Assembly (NCBI GenBank): GCA_948607205.1
Contig: CAPERS010000007.1
Location: 833 to 64,832, forward strand
Reading direction: 5' to 3'
From: an uncultured Eubacteriales bacterium
GTDB lineage: Bacteria; Bacillota; Clostridia; Christensenellales; UBA1242
Length of the DNA stretch: 64,000 nt
Shown here: positions 54,186 through 63,443 of the stretch, in pieces
How positions within the stretch are numbered: the stretch's first letter is position 1
Layout: each line of letters opens with the position of its first letter
The notes under the pieces: model-generated
What the model was told of the DNA's origin: nothing
Databases searched by the model: none
The model's input: only the letters and a program-made list of their open reading frames with translations
Program-made: the position numbers and the translations under genes

Positions 54186-54303
54186 AATTATCTCCTAAAT
54201 TTCCTTTTAGCAAATGCTTGCCATTTTTTACAAATTTTAAACAAGAGTTTGCATAATCACAGATTTTTAAGCCAAACTAAAAGAAATTTCAGGAGGTTTT
54301 TTA

Positions 54304-55518
54304 ATGAAAAAATTGGTTTTATCTTCAATTTGCGGTGTTTTAGCGCTTGTCATGGTTGGTTGCGGTTCAAACGGCTCAGCACAAACAACAAAGGACTTAT
54401 CAAATCAAGTCAATCGTTTGCAAAACACAGTGACAAACATTTCAACTTCGGCAATTTACGATGTGACACCAACGAATTATCTCTACAATCAACCACTATC
54501 AAATGATGACACTTCATCTTCAAGATTGAGAGTGCTTATGACTGACAGCCAGTCTGCATTTGCCGAACATGAAGCGTTGAGGCAAGAAATTATGAATAGA
54601 AGCGCAACTCTTAAAAGCGCACTCGGTCAAAAATATAAGTTTTCAAATAACAAAATCAAAGCGTTAAAGACAATAACAAGCACACTCAGCGGATATAACA
54701 CTGACATAACCGGAACAACACACAAAGTGAGCAATGCAACAAATCTGATTAAGCGTTCAAAAAACCTTAACTCATTTGACAGCGACACCCTCAATGTTGG
54801 ATACACAAAACTCAACAACGAACTTGAAAACAGAATAACATTTTTCAAAAATGTTCTCTCTGCTTTTGACCAAGTGGAAGCAATTTTAAGAGAAGGAAGT
54901 GTTATTGAAAACAATTCTGAGCAAAACAATGCCCAAACTGACAACAACACAAATCAAGAAGGCACCACTCAAAGTCGTCGCAAAAATATTGATACTTTCG
55001 GAAACAATCGATATTTCAACGGAACAAACAATCAGCCAAATTGCACAAACGATTGCAACAACATTGCAAACAACGGCATGAATGGCAATTTCAATTATGC
55101 AAACGGATATAACTATAACGGCGTAAATGGCTATGGTTACAACAACGGAATTGGTTATAACGGAATGTATAACAATGCAGGTTTTTATGGTTATGGATTC
55201 AATAGACCATTCTCACCTTTCAATTTTGGACGCAACACAGACACTTATCTTCCAGTTCGCAGAAATATTGACACCTATAGACCAATTGCACCCGTTGAAA
55301 ACAATATTGTTGAAGCAAGTGCAGATATGAGCATATCTGAAAATATTGATGAAATTGAAGATGAAGTTGGCGACGAGGTTAAAGAAAATACTGACAGCAT
55401 TATAAACAAAGCCACAACGAAAATGAGTGAAGAAGGACACAACAAAATTGAAAAGAACATCATTTCAAACAACAGAAAGCGACCTGGTCACGTGATTTCA
55501 AAAAGGCATATCGGCTAG
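54304..55518 (+). CDS. lipoprotein with an Asn/Tyr/Gly-rich low-complexity region
   Basis: Signal peptide with lipobox LVMVGC. The central region reads NGMNGNFNYANGYNYNGVNGYGYNNGIGYNGMYNNAGFYGYGFN. The NIDT(F/Y) motif is repeated, and the tail is acidic. Confidence 0.7.
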   Translation: MKKLVLSSICGVLALVMVGCGSNGSAQTTKDLSNQVNRLQNTVTNISTSAIYDVTPTNYLYNQPLSNDDTSSSRLRVLMTDSQSAFAEHEALRQEIMNRSATLKSALGQKYKFSNNKIKALKTITSTLSGYNTDITGTTHKVSNATNLIKRSKNLNSFDSDTLNVGYTKLNNELENRITFFKNVLSAFDQVEAILREGSVIENNSEQNNAQTDNNTNQEGTTQSRRKNIDTFGNNRYFNGTNNQPNCTNDCNNIANNGMNGNFNYANGYNYNGVNGYGYNNGIGYNGMYNNAGFYGYGFNRPFSPFNFGRNTDTYLPVRRNIDTYRPIAPVENNIVEASADMSISENIDEIEDEVGDEVKENTDSIINKATTKMSEEGHNKIEKNIISNNRKRPGHVISKRHIG

Positions 55519-55550
55519 ATAAACATTTTAAATTGTTTATGTTTTTCAAT

Positions 55551-55587
55551 AAAAAAGACTTCTACTATATCAAGTAGAAGTTTTTTG
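55551..55587. terminator. bidirectional terminator (lipoprotein gene / sigF)
   Basis: A6, then ACTTCTACT (55558-66) / AGTAGAAGT (55573-81), then T6. Confidence 0.7.
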
Positions 55588-55644
55588 ACTGCAAAAAATT
55601 TTCATAATAGAATTTAAATAAAGTTATTTAAAGAGTGAAATTTA

Positions 55645-56367
55645 TCAAGACAATTTCGCTCTTAAGTTTTCCAAGATTTTATTTTCAAGACGAGAAACCT
55701 GAACTTGTGAGATTTTGAGTTCTTCGGCAATTTCCGACTGAGTTTTGTCAAAATAATATCTCAGCATAATTATTTTTCTGTCGCGCTCGTCTAGGTGTTT
55801 TATCATTTCTTTAAGTGCCAGATTTTCGAGTATATTTGAGTTTGGTGCTTCTTGCGTGTCCACCCTGTCAATCACACTCAGCGTTCCACCCTCCTCTTCA
55901 AGAGGTGCATAAAGCGACACCGGCATTTTTGCCGAATCCATTGCCAAGATAACTTCTTGCTCATCCACGCAAAAATGTTTGGCAATTTCTTCAATAGTCG
56001 GTTTGACTTGATGAATTCCTGAAAACTCATCAATAAATTTATTTATCTGCAAGTTGAGCGATTTTAAAGCACGCGAAACTTTCATTGCTCCGTCATCACG
56101 CATGAAACGTTTAACTTCACCTATCACCATTGGCACAACATAGGTGGAAAATTTGACATTGAACTTGCTGTCGAAATTGTTGATGGCTTTCAAAAAGCCG
56201 ATGCAACCAATTTGATATAAGTCGTCATATTCAATGCCCTTGTCTTTGAAACGTTTGATAACGCTTTTTATGAGCGGAGAATTTTCCTCAACCAGCAGAG
56301 ATTTCGCTTTTTGGTCACCGCTTTGGGCTTTGGCAACCAGTTCAAGCGTCAATTCTGCATTCAGCAT
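55645..56367 (-). CDS. sigF: sporulation sigma factor SigF
   Basis: 240-aa sigma-70 family protein (regions 2-4). Directly follows spoIIAA-spoIIAB. Confidence 0.9.
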   Translation of the reverse strand: MLNAELTLELVAKAQSGDQKAKSLLVEENSPLIKSVIKRFKDKGIEYDDLYQIGCIGFLKAINNFDSKFNVKFSTYVVPMVIGEVKRFMRDDGAMKVSRALKSLNLQINKFIDEFSGIHQVKPTIEEIAKHFCVDEQEVILAMDSAKMPVSLYAPLEEEGGTLSVIDRVDTQEAPNSNILENLALKEMIKHLDERDRKIIMLRYYFDKTQSEIAEELKISQVQVSRLENKILENLRAKLS

Positions 56368-56816
56368 TATTCACCTGCCAACATTTTTTGGCAAGCTTGA
56401 ATTGATTTTGTCATAACAACTTTCAAACCGCCTTGCTCATTGTTTTCAACAGTCAAACTGTCCATAAACCCTTCCATAACAGCAAAGCCCATTCCACTGC
56501 GCTCTTCGCTTGGCTTTGTTGTGTAAAAAGGTTCGCGTGCCTTTTCGATATTCTTGATTCCCACACCGCTGTCGCTGACTTCAATCACAACAAGGTTGCC
56601 CTTGATTTCACAGCGAAGTTTTATCAGTCCATCTCGATTTGGATATGCATGCACGACACAGTTTGTGACCGCTTCTGACACAGCTGTTTTGATGTCGTTT
56701 ATCTCATCAAGTGAAGGATTGAGTTGCACGCAAAAAGCAGAAACGCAAACTCTTGCAAAGCCTTCATTGATTGACTTTGCTTGAAAGGTTATTTCAAAAA
56801 CATTAGATTCTTTCAT
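56367..56816 (-). CDS. spoIIAB: anti-sigma F factor (serine kinase) SpoIIAB
   Basis: HATPase N-box EAVTNCVVHAY and G-box DSGVGI...SGMGF. 149 aa. Confidence 0.9.
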   Translation of the reverse strand: MKESNVFEITFQAKSINEGFARVCVSAFCVQLNPSLDEINDIKTAVSEAVTNCVVHAYPNRDGLIKLRCEIKGNLVVIEVSDSGVGIKNIEKAREPFYTTKPSEERSGMGFAVMEGFMDSLTVENNEQGGLKVVMTKSIQACQKMLAGE

Positions 56817-57135
56817 AGTTACTCCTTGTCATAATTTTAGGCATGATTGAATACAGCCCAGACATATTAAAAATTTTATCTATCTGATTGGAAGGATTGG
56901 CAACATAAATTGGCACTCCCCGATTTTTAAGATTCTTATATCTTCCCAAAAACACGCCAATTCCCGTGCTGTCCATAAAGGTCATTTCAGACAAGTCAAC
57001 AACAACTTCTTTGAAATTTGCAACCGCAAACAATTTGTCAAAGGTATTTCTGGCGTAAAGCGAACTATTTTCGTCAAGTTCGCCTTTCATGACACAATAA
57101 AGCGTGTCTCTTTTCATAGTGCTTAAAATTTGCAT
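56803..57135 (-). CDS. spoIIAA: anti-sigma F factor antagonist SpoIIAA (STAS)
   Basis: 110-aa STAS domain with the phosphorylatable Ser context FMDSTGIGV. Confidence 0.85.
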   Translation of the reverse strand: MQILSTMKRDTLYCVMKGELDENSSLYARNTFDKLFAVANFKEVVVDLSEMTFMDSTGIGVFLGRYKNLKNRGVPIYVANPSNQIDKIFNMSGLYSIMPKIMTRSNYERI

Positions 57136-57210
57136 TTTTCCTCCTTACAGATAAATGATAACATAAAAAGAAATGCAAAGTTTGTCCTCTTTACTCGAAA
57201 AATTGACAAT

Positions 57211-57245
57211 AAAAAAGAAAGGCAATTTTTGCCTTTCTTTTTTTA
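57211..57245. terminator. bidirectional terminator
   Basis: A6, then GAAAGGC (57217-23) / GCCTTTC (57231-37), then a T-run. Confidence 0.7.
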
Positions 57246-57282
57246 TGTAAGCAACAAGGAATAAGTTCGTCAGAACCTTGTT

Positions 57283-58572
57283 TTATCTTCTTTTTAGTTT
57301 TCTTTTGTCATTGACAAAACTTAAATGTCTACCTTTAAGTGTAAATTTTTTATGATTTGGGACAACTTGAAGTTTATTTGTTTCAGCATCGTTTTTAGCC
57401 TTTTCTTCATTTTCTTTATAATAATATTTTGCCATAAATAAGCCTATTATAATATACAACAAGTTAAAAATTGCTCCTGCAAGAAAAATTGCCCATAAAC
57501 CATGTGCATACAAAACGCCAGAAAGAAATATGCCAATTGCTTGACCAATTTTGTGTATACAACTGTTTATGTTTGAAAAAGCAAACATATTATTCTTAGA
57601 AATCCTGTTTACAAACACTCCGTTAGTCTTATTTTCAAAGGAGCGCGAAAAAAACAATGCCACAAAAATTGTTATCCCCGCAATTATCGCATTATTCGTG
57701 CATGCAACCAAAATCATAAGAATCGCTCTTGACCCAAATTTAACAAAATATGCCGTCTCCTGTTTTTTTGGATTAAACTTTTTGGTTATCATCAGCATTC
57801 CCATGCCGTCGCCGATTATGCTGACTACAAGAAGAAACACGCTAGTATAGAACATTCCGATTCCGACAAGTTCACTTAAAACGAAGACTTGAAGACCCAA
57901 AACGACGTTATATGCGACCCCTACTATAAATTGATTTATCAAAAACAAAACTGTTATTTTATCTTTAAAAATTCCTTTAAAATCAATCTCTTTTTCTTCT
58001 TTTTCTGTCTTGTTTAAAAATAGCACAACAGCAAAACTTATTGCTGTCAAAATAACTGCAATTATGAGGATTATATTATATTCAATAAAGTTATGAGCAA
58101 AAAAACCAATGACAATCATGGCAACAGCCAAACCAATGTCACGAGCAGTATATTCAATAAGTTTTCGAACTGAATAAATTTTGTCACTTTTTGCATAATG
58201 CGTGACCAGCGGATAAATAGAATTGATGATAAGAAGGCTTAATATAGTGTCGGTTATAAATAAGATAAAAATGACCGCAAAAGATATGTTTTTTTGAAAC
58301 AAAATTGCCATTATTGTCATAACTGCAAATTTTAAAAAAGTTGCAACCATGATTACAGGTTTTGCATTTAGTTTTTTAAAAATCAAGTTAAACGCCACAA
58401 TGATTAAGCATGCACCAATTAAACAACCGCTTAAAATTAAAGAAATATTCTGAATGGAAAAGCCATTCCCCTTAAGCCAGTTTGCGTTATAGTTTTCCCA
58501 TAGTCCGAGTGAAAAGCAGAATATGGCAATATATAAATAAACCAATAAAAGTTGTCTTTTGTTTTCGTTCAT
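57283..58572 (-). CDS. polytopic membrane transporter (MFS-like) with a basic C-terminal tail
   Basis: 429 aa with about 12 hydrophobic segments. The MFS assignment rests on topology and size only. Confidence 0.6.
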   Translation of the reverse strand: MNENKRQLLLVYLYIAIFCFSLGLWENYNANWLKGNGFSIQNISLILSGCLIGACLIIVAFNLIFKKLNAKPVIMVATFLKFAVMTIMAILFQKNISFAVIFILFITDTILSLLIINSIYPLVTHYAKSDKIYSVRKLIEYTARDIGLAVAMIVIGFFAHNFIEYNIILIIAVILTAISFAVVLFLNKTEKEEKEIDFKGIFKDKITVLFLINQFIVGVAYNVVLGLQVFVLSELVGIGMFYTSVFLLVVSIIGDGMGMLMITKKFNPKKQETAYFVKFGSRAILMILVACTNNAIIAGITIFVALFFSRSFENKTNGVFVNRISKNNMFAFSNINSCIHKIGQAIGIFLSGVLYAHGLWAIFLAGAIFNLLYIIIGLFMAKYYYKENEEKAKNDAETNKLQVVPNHKKFTLKGRHLSFVNDKRKLKRR

Positions 58573-58630
58573 AAGTCTATTTATACCATATTAACTATTT
58601 ATTTGCAAACAAATGTGCCATCGGCACACA

Positions 58631-58660
58631 AAAAAATCGGCTTTATAAAGCCGAAATTTT
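58631..58660 (-). terminator. terminator of the small membrane protein gene
   Basis: TCGGCTTT (58637-44) / AAAGCCGA (58647-54). On the minus strand it is followed by T7. Confidence 0.6.
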
Positions 58661-58885
58661 TTAGATGTTGAGAAGTCGCATAATTCTGCCCTTGACAATC
58701 ATGAAGATAAGGTCAAGAATCCAAACAATAGTGAAGCCGAAAACCAAGCGGATAAGACCAGCAACAAGTTTTCCTTCTGAAAATCTTGTTACAGCGCCAA
58801 GAATCCAAGCTGTGAATGGAATGATAGCAAGAATAATGCTTACAATTCTGCCAAGACCAAAATAATCTCTTCCTTTTTTAGCCAT
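58661..58885 (-). CDS. small membrane protein (74 aa, 2 TM)
   Basis: Start at ATG 58885, behind AAGGAGGAAAG. Two hydrophobic helices. Confidence 0.55.
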   Translation of the reverse strand: MAKKGRDYFGLGRIVSIILAIIPFTAWILGAVTRFSEGKLVAGLIRLVFGFTIVWILDLIFMIVKGRIMRLLNI

Positions 58886-58974
58886 TTCTCTTTCCTCCTT
58901 ATTTTTATAATAGCACAAATTAATAAATTTACAAAATAAAATTTAAAGTTTTTTGTTGCGAAAATAGCATTTTT

Positions 58975-59850
58975 TTATTTATTTTCTGCTTTGTCAAATT
59001 CTTCGATTTTTTTGTTGCACTTTGCAAAATATTTCACGTAGGATTTTTTGCAATAGTGCTTATGTCTGTTTTCTTCAGTAACATTAGGCTTTTCGAAGTG
59101 ATATGCGCCCCAAACCTTCCATTTTTCAAAAAGACCAATTTTGATTGCGTTGGTTGGGCAATGGAAAGAACAACGCATGCACATTATGCACTTGTTTCCA
59201 AAATGAAAGTTGCCGTTCTCGTCGATTTTAATGTTACCTACTGGACACATTCTCGCGCACTTGCCACAATGAATGCACTTTTCGTTGACTTTATACTTTT
59301 TGCCGTTAAACCTGCCACCCCAAAACTCTATTCTGAAAATCCAAGCAATAAAATGCCCCATAAAAATATATTTAAGTTTGGAAACTTTGCCTTCGATTAT
59401 TTCTTTATAAATAATTGGTATCATTTTTTGGGCAGTCTGCCACATGTTGTATGCCATTTCGTCGGTGTGGCGAAAAATCATATTGTATGGCATCACGATA
59501 TGATACTCATTGGTCAAAACAAAGTTTTTCTTTTTAAGTATTCCACGAATTTTATATGATGAAATGTTGTTGAGTGCCAAAGGTTCGCCTGATGTTTTGA
59601 TGATAAAAAGTTTTTTCTTTGATTTTTGCTTTTCAATCTTCTTAACAAAATCCACGACAATTGATGGTGCATTAAAGGCATGGATAGGATATGCAATTCC
59701 AAGTGCATCATAGCCTTCCAAACTTAAATCAAGTTCATTGTTTTCGATTTTAACAACATCAATTTCGCCTTCTGGAAATTGTTCGGCGAATTTATCAACA
59801 ACCTTCTTTGTGTTACCTGTGCCTGAAAAATAGCAAAGTAGCGTTTTCAT
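58975..59850 (-). CDS. EFR1-family ferredoxin (flavodoxin-like domain plus 2x[4Fe-4S])
   Basis: CYFSGTGNTKKV flavodoxin-like N-terminus. CIHCGKCARMCP and CIMCMRCSFHCP cluster motifs. Start at ATG 59850, behind GAGGAAAA. Confidence 0.75.
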   Translation of the reverse strand: MKTLLCYFSGTGNTKKVVDKFAEQFPEGEIDVVKIENNELDLSLEGYDALGIAYPIHAFNAPSIVVDFVKKIEKQKSKKKLFIIKTSGEPLALNNISSYKIRGILKKKNFVLTNEYHIVMPYNMIFRHTDEMAYNMWQTAQKMIPIIYKEIIEGKVSKLKYIFMGHFIAWIFRIEFWGGRFNGKKYKVNEKCIHCGKCARMCPVGNIKIDENGNFHFGNKCIMCMRCSFHCPTNAIKIGLFEKWKVWGAYHFEKPNVTEENRHKHYCKKSYVKYFAKCNKKIEEFDKAENK

Positions 59851-59896
59851 ATAGTTTTCCTCTATCATTAGTTAATATATTTTAATTTAAAATAAT

Positions 59897-61411
59897 TTAT
59901 TTCAATTTCTCGCATTTAGCAACAAAATTTTTGTCAAGCCAGTAGCGATAATCCTCATCATTATCATGAGAGTCATACCAAATTTGAGCAAAAATTTTAT
60001 CTTTCTTTGAAAGCCTATCAAAGTCCCAGACGTTCTCTTTATAAATCGGATTCATCCAATGTCCTGCTTTGAGAACAGTGAATGGCTTAGCGAAAAATTT
60101 TTCGCCGTCTTGAGTTTCCCATTCAAGTTTTTGATATTCGCCAGCGTATTTTTTGGAAATAAGTTTGCCTCCATGCATTTTTGCAACATTTTGGCAATCT
60201 TTAAGAGTTATTTCACCATCGATATCAAAGCCATAATCAAGTTTTGGCGCTTTCTTAGGATTTTTGAGATTTTCAAAATCTTCACTCTCGCAAAGGAGTT
60301 TGAAGTTCTTCCAATCGGTTGGGAGTTCTTTAAATTTATCCTTTCCGAAATAAGCGATTTCCTTTGCTTCATCGCCATTTTTTATCCAAGATTTTGGTGA
60401 ATTATAATTTTTAAACAATCTTTCAATTGCGCATTTGCGAATAAGGGATTTTGGAAAAATTTTTGCGAGTGAAAAATATCTATGATTTTTTGCATATTCC
60501 TTCCAAAAATCTTTGCAAGTTTGTGAGCGATATCCCACAAGTTTATCGAGTTTATCACTATCAAGAAACCACACGCCATGGAAGTTTCTTATTGCGTTAT
60601 TGTTTGGTCTAAAAAAGTCCTTTCCGCCTCCACCGATAAGTTCAAAGCCTGCGTTCAGAGTGTCATAACCTGTCACACAATTTTCAATTCCACCGCCGAT
60701 ATTGAAAACATTTCCCCAAAACTTTTCGCCAAGTCCTTTCTTTATATCAGATTTCAAAATGTTCGCAATCAGCACTCCGCTATCATGAGCAGTCAGCCAT
60801 TCAAGAGGTGCATCAAAGCAGGTATGAAACATAAGTCCGTCGCTCATATTGTCGGTCAGCATATTGCCATGAAGCATTGCGGTTTGCCTGATAACCGCCC
60901 AATTTTTGATTTCACTTTCAAGAACTCTGAACTCGCCTCTAAGTTTTGTTGCAGAATAAATGTCAAAAGGGCTGACAAGAAGAGGGTCACCAACCCTGCC
61001 CCAAATATGTTTGTGGTTGCGATTGCCATAAAGTGCAACAGTGGAAATATGCACATATTTTGGTTGAACCTTGCACTCTTCAATCGCTGAAACAAGATTG
61101 TCAGCACCCAGTTCATTGCAATCAATCGCCGATTGTGGATTTTGGTCAGACTTTGGTGGAATAACAGCACCCAAACCAATCACATAATCTGCACCTTCAA
61201 CAAGTTTTTTGCAAGCAGACTTATCTTTGACGTCCCCTTCCACAATTTCAAATTTATCTTTATATTTCTTAAACTTTTTTACAAGTTTTTCAAATCTTTT
61301 ATTATTTGGCCTAACCAAAAAGCGTAGTTTGTCTATTTCATCAATTTTGACAAGTTCTTCCAAAGTTGCTTGCCCCATATTGCCTGTTATGCCTGTCAGT
61401 GCAACAATCAT
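59897..61411 (-). CDS. NAD(P)-binding Rossmann (extended SDR/NmrA-like) protein with a C-terminal extension of about 130 aa
   Basis: N-terminal ALTGITGNMGQ glycine-rich loop. The C-terminal region GGKLISKKYAGEYQKLEWETQDGEKFFAKPFTVLKAGHWMNP does not belong to the SDR fold. Confidence 0.7.
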   Translation of the reverse strand: MIVALTGITGNMGQATLEELVKIDEIDKLRFLVRPNNKRFEKLVKKFKKYKDKFEIVEGDVKDKSACKKLVEGADYVIGLGAVIPPKSDQNPQSAIDCNELGADNLVSAIEECKVQPKYVHISTVALYGNRNHKHIWGRVGDPLLVSPFDIYSATKLRGEFRVLESEIKNWAVIRQTAMLHGNMLTDNMSDGLMFHTCFDAPLEWLTAHDSGVLIANILKSDIKKGLGEKFWGNVFNIGGGIENCVTGYDTLNAGFELIGGGGKDFFRPNNNAIRNFHGVWFLDSDKLDKLVGYRSQTCKDFWKEYAKNHRYFSLAKIFPKSLIRKCAIERLFKNYNSPKSWIKNGDEAKEIAYFGKDKFKELPTDWKNFKLLCESEDFENLKNPKKAPKLDYGFDIDGEITLKDCQNVAKMHGGKLISKKYAGEYQKLEWETQDGEKFFAKPFTVLKAGHWMNPIYKENVWDFDRLSKKDKIFAQIWYDSHDNDEDYRYWLDKNFVAKCEKLK

Positions 61412-61568
61412 ATTGTCCTCCTTAACGCAAGTATTTTATCACATTTTGACTGACTCATGCAAATAAATGACAAAATTTTTCAAATTTTTCAATTGATTTT
61501 CTCGCAATTTTATTTGAAATTAAGTTAATAAATTGAATAATTTTTTATATATTTTTCAAATTTATATC

Positions 61569-61600
61569 AAAAAAAAAGACAAACAAAGTTGTCTTTTTTA
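61569..61600. terminator. terminator at the end of the phage-like module
   Basis: A-run, then AGACAA (61577-82) / TTGTCT (61589-94), then T6. Confidence 0.55.
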
Positions 61601-61609
61601 TCTATTTTT

Positions 61610-61972
61610 TTATTTGTTTATAATTTTTTCAAGTTCTTGAATACGAGCGCGCTTGACTTCGGCTTCACTGTAAAGAGTGCCAAGTTTGATGTTTGCATTC
61701 ACGCCATCGTCGTCTGGCTTATCGAGCACAGAAAGACGTCTAAGCTTTTGCTCGTGACGAGAATAATCCTCATCAAACCAAGTTTGCAATTTTGAAACTT
61801 CAAGTCTTGCCAACTCCACTTCGCTAAGAGGAGGAATTTCTTGAATTTGGAATCTCCCTTTGCCTTGTTCATCTTCTTCAATTTCGACGATTTTCAGATT
61901 ATTTTCATTGCAGAACGCTGCCCTTTTTGAATATTCTTCGTCATTATAAAAAATATCACCTACGTTATACAT
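61610..61972 (-). CDS. phage-associated small protein (120 aa) following the tail fibre gene; possible fibre-assembly/XkdW-like role
   Basis: Start at ATG 61972, behind AAAGGAGGAAAAAA. Its position immediately 3' of the tail-fibre gene is the only functional hint. Confidence 0.45.
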   Translation of the reverse strand: MYNVGDIFYNDEEYSKRAAFCNENNLKIVEIEEDEQGKGRFQIQEIPPLSEVELARLEVSKLQTWFDEDYSRHEQKLRRLSVLDKPDDDGVNANIKLGTLYSEAEVKRARIQELEKIINK

Positions 61973-61985
61973 TTTTTTCCTCCTT

Positions 61986-63428
61986 TTATATTTTTGCCTG
62001 ACCAATTGCAATCCAAGCAACTTCACTTCGTGCACTTGAATCCGTTAAAGTAAAGTTCGAGGTTGTAATTTCAGAAATTTGAGATTTATCCCAATCTACT
62101 TGACCGTTCTGACCCGGTCCACGCTTACAAACAACACTCATGGTTTCTCTTGAATTAAAAGCCCTATCAAAATTGATAACTTTTGTGCTTTCTTTCAATG
62201 GAGTGATTCCCCAACATATTTGCAAACCGCTTGAATAAACTATACAACCGCCCTTAGAAAAAGTTCTATCATCGTTTTGAATAGTTTTTTGGTTAACTAG
62301 ATTTTCTTTAACCGTTTCAACCTCGTTATCGTTAAGATACATTTTGCCAGTTTCAAAATAATATTTAAGTCTTTCCTTATTATCATAACCATCAATATGC
62401 CAATAGTCAGTTGGTTCACTTCTTAAATGAAGAAAGTTACCAAATTCATTCATTCTGTAACCATGAGGTGAATTTGTTTGCAAACCATCAGCACTAAGAT
62501 TTAATTTTCCATAGAGATTAACAGGTCCTCTTTCAAAATCATATTCACGTGCAACAAACCTGAAACTTGCAGAGCCAGAACCTGTTGTTGAGGTTGCGTT
62601 TCTCGCCTGAATCATTGCGTCATAATCAACAAAAGCGCCACTTGAAGCCGGCTGAGCATGGAACTCAATCCCCGAATCTCCAAACTTTCCAAATTCCAAA
62701 TATGTTGCCCTGTTTCCGTTCCAAATGTTTGCTCCGCCAGAAAGTTCAACAAGTCCAGTTGTCTTTCCACCCTTTGAAGTCAAAACTTTTTCCCATTCGC
62801 TCCAATTGTTTTCAACAAAAGCCCTTGTGAACCTTTCGTTGTTAACATTTGAAATTTCTTGAATTATGTTCAAAGCACCTTCATTCACTCCATCTGCTGA
62901 ATATACTTTCATAACAAACCCTGATGATAAACCATTTGGCTTATTCAAAATTGTTGCAACACTGTCTTTTGCAGAATAATTTCCGATTTGTTTATATGTA
63001 TTTAAATCTGCACCTTCTGGAATAACAGTTGCATCCAACAATTTCCACGTATTGTCAATTTGGGTTTGTGGGTCGGATGAGAAATTGACATCTGATTGCT
63101 TCTCGTTGCCTATTAAAACAACTGTTCCTTTTGCCTGCGCAATATTTTCGTCAAGATAATCAACTCTCTCTTGCGCATATTTTGCAGTTTCATTCGCATT
63201 ATTTGCAATTGTTTCTGCTGAATTTGATGCTTGGATTGCGTCGTTAATATCTTTATAAAACTCGTCAAAAAGTTTTGCGTCAATTGCAGTTCCCTCTTGA
63301 GTTACGTTTCCTTCCACATCTTCAATTTCGGCAGTAAGTTCATTTGCATCTTGTTTTAAAATCTTTATCTTCTTTCGATTTGGATAGTCACAAATTCGAT
63401 TTTTAAATTCAAAATTTTTTACTTCCAT
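61986..63428 (-). CDS. phage tail fibre / receptor-binding protein (pyocin-knob-like domain)
   Basis: N-terminal F.NR..DYPNRKKI and a helical Asn/Ala-rich shaft (SNSAETIANNANETAKYAQE). A knob-like segment reads ADLNTYKQIGNYSAKDSVATILNKPNGLSSGFVMKVYS. Confidence 0.7.
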   Translation of the reverse strand: MEVKNFEFKNRICDYPNRKKIKILKQDANELTAEIEDVEGNVTQEGTAIDAKLFDEFYKDINDAIQASNSAETIANNANETAKYAQERVDYLDENIAQAKGTVVLIGNEKQSDVNFSSDPQTQIDNTWKLLDATVIPEGADLNTYKQIGNYSAKDSVATILNKPNGLSSGFVMKVYSADGVNEGALNIIQEISNVNNERFTRAFVENNWSEWEKVLTSKGGKTTGLVELSGGANIWNGNRATYLEFGKFGDSGIEFHAQPASSGAFVDYDAMIQARNATSTTGSGSASFRFVAREYDFERGPVNLYGKLNLSADGLQTNSPHGYRMNEFGNFLHLRSEPTDYWHIDGYDNKERLKYYFETGKMYLNDNEVETVKENLVNQKTIQNDDRTFSKGGCIVYSSGLQICWGITPLKESTKVINFDRAFNSRETMSVVCKRGPGQNGQVDWDKSQISEITTSNFTLTDSSARSEVAWIAIGQAKI

Positions 63429-63443
63429 ATTTATTCTCCTTTT

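Noticed and set aside
57136-57210. Spo0A boxes / SigH promoter upstream of spoIIAA
   Set aside because: Only partial matches were found (TTTCGAG, TGTCAAT), with no exact TGTCGAA box or GAAT -10. They are too weak to call by eye.
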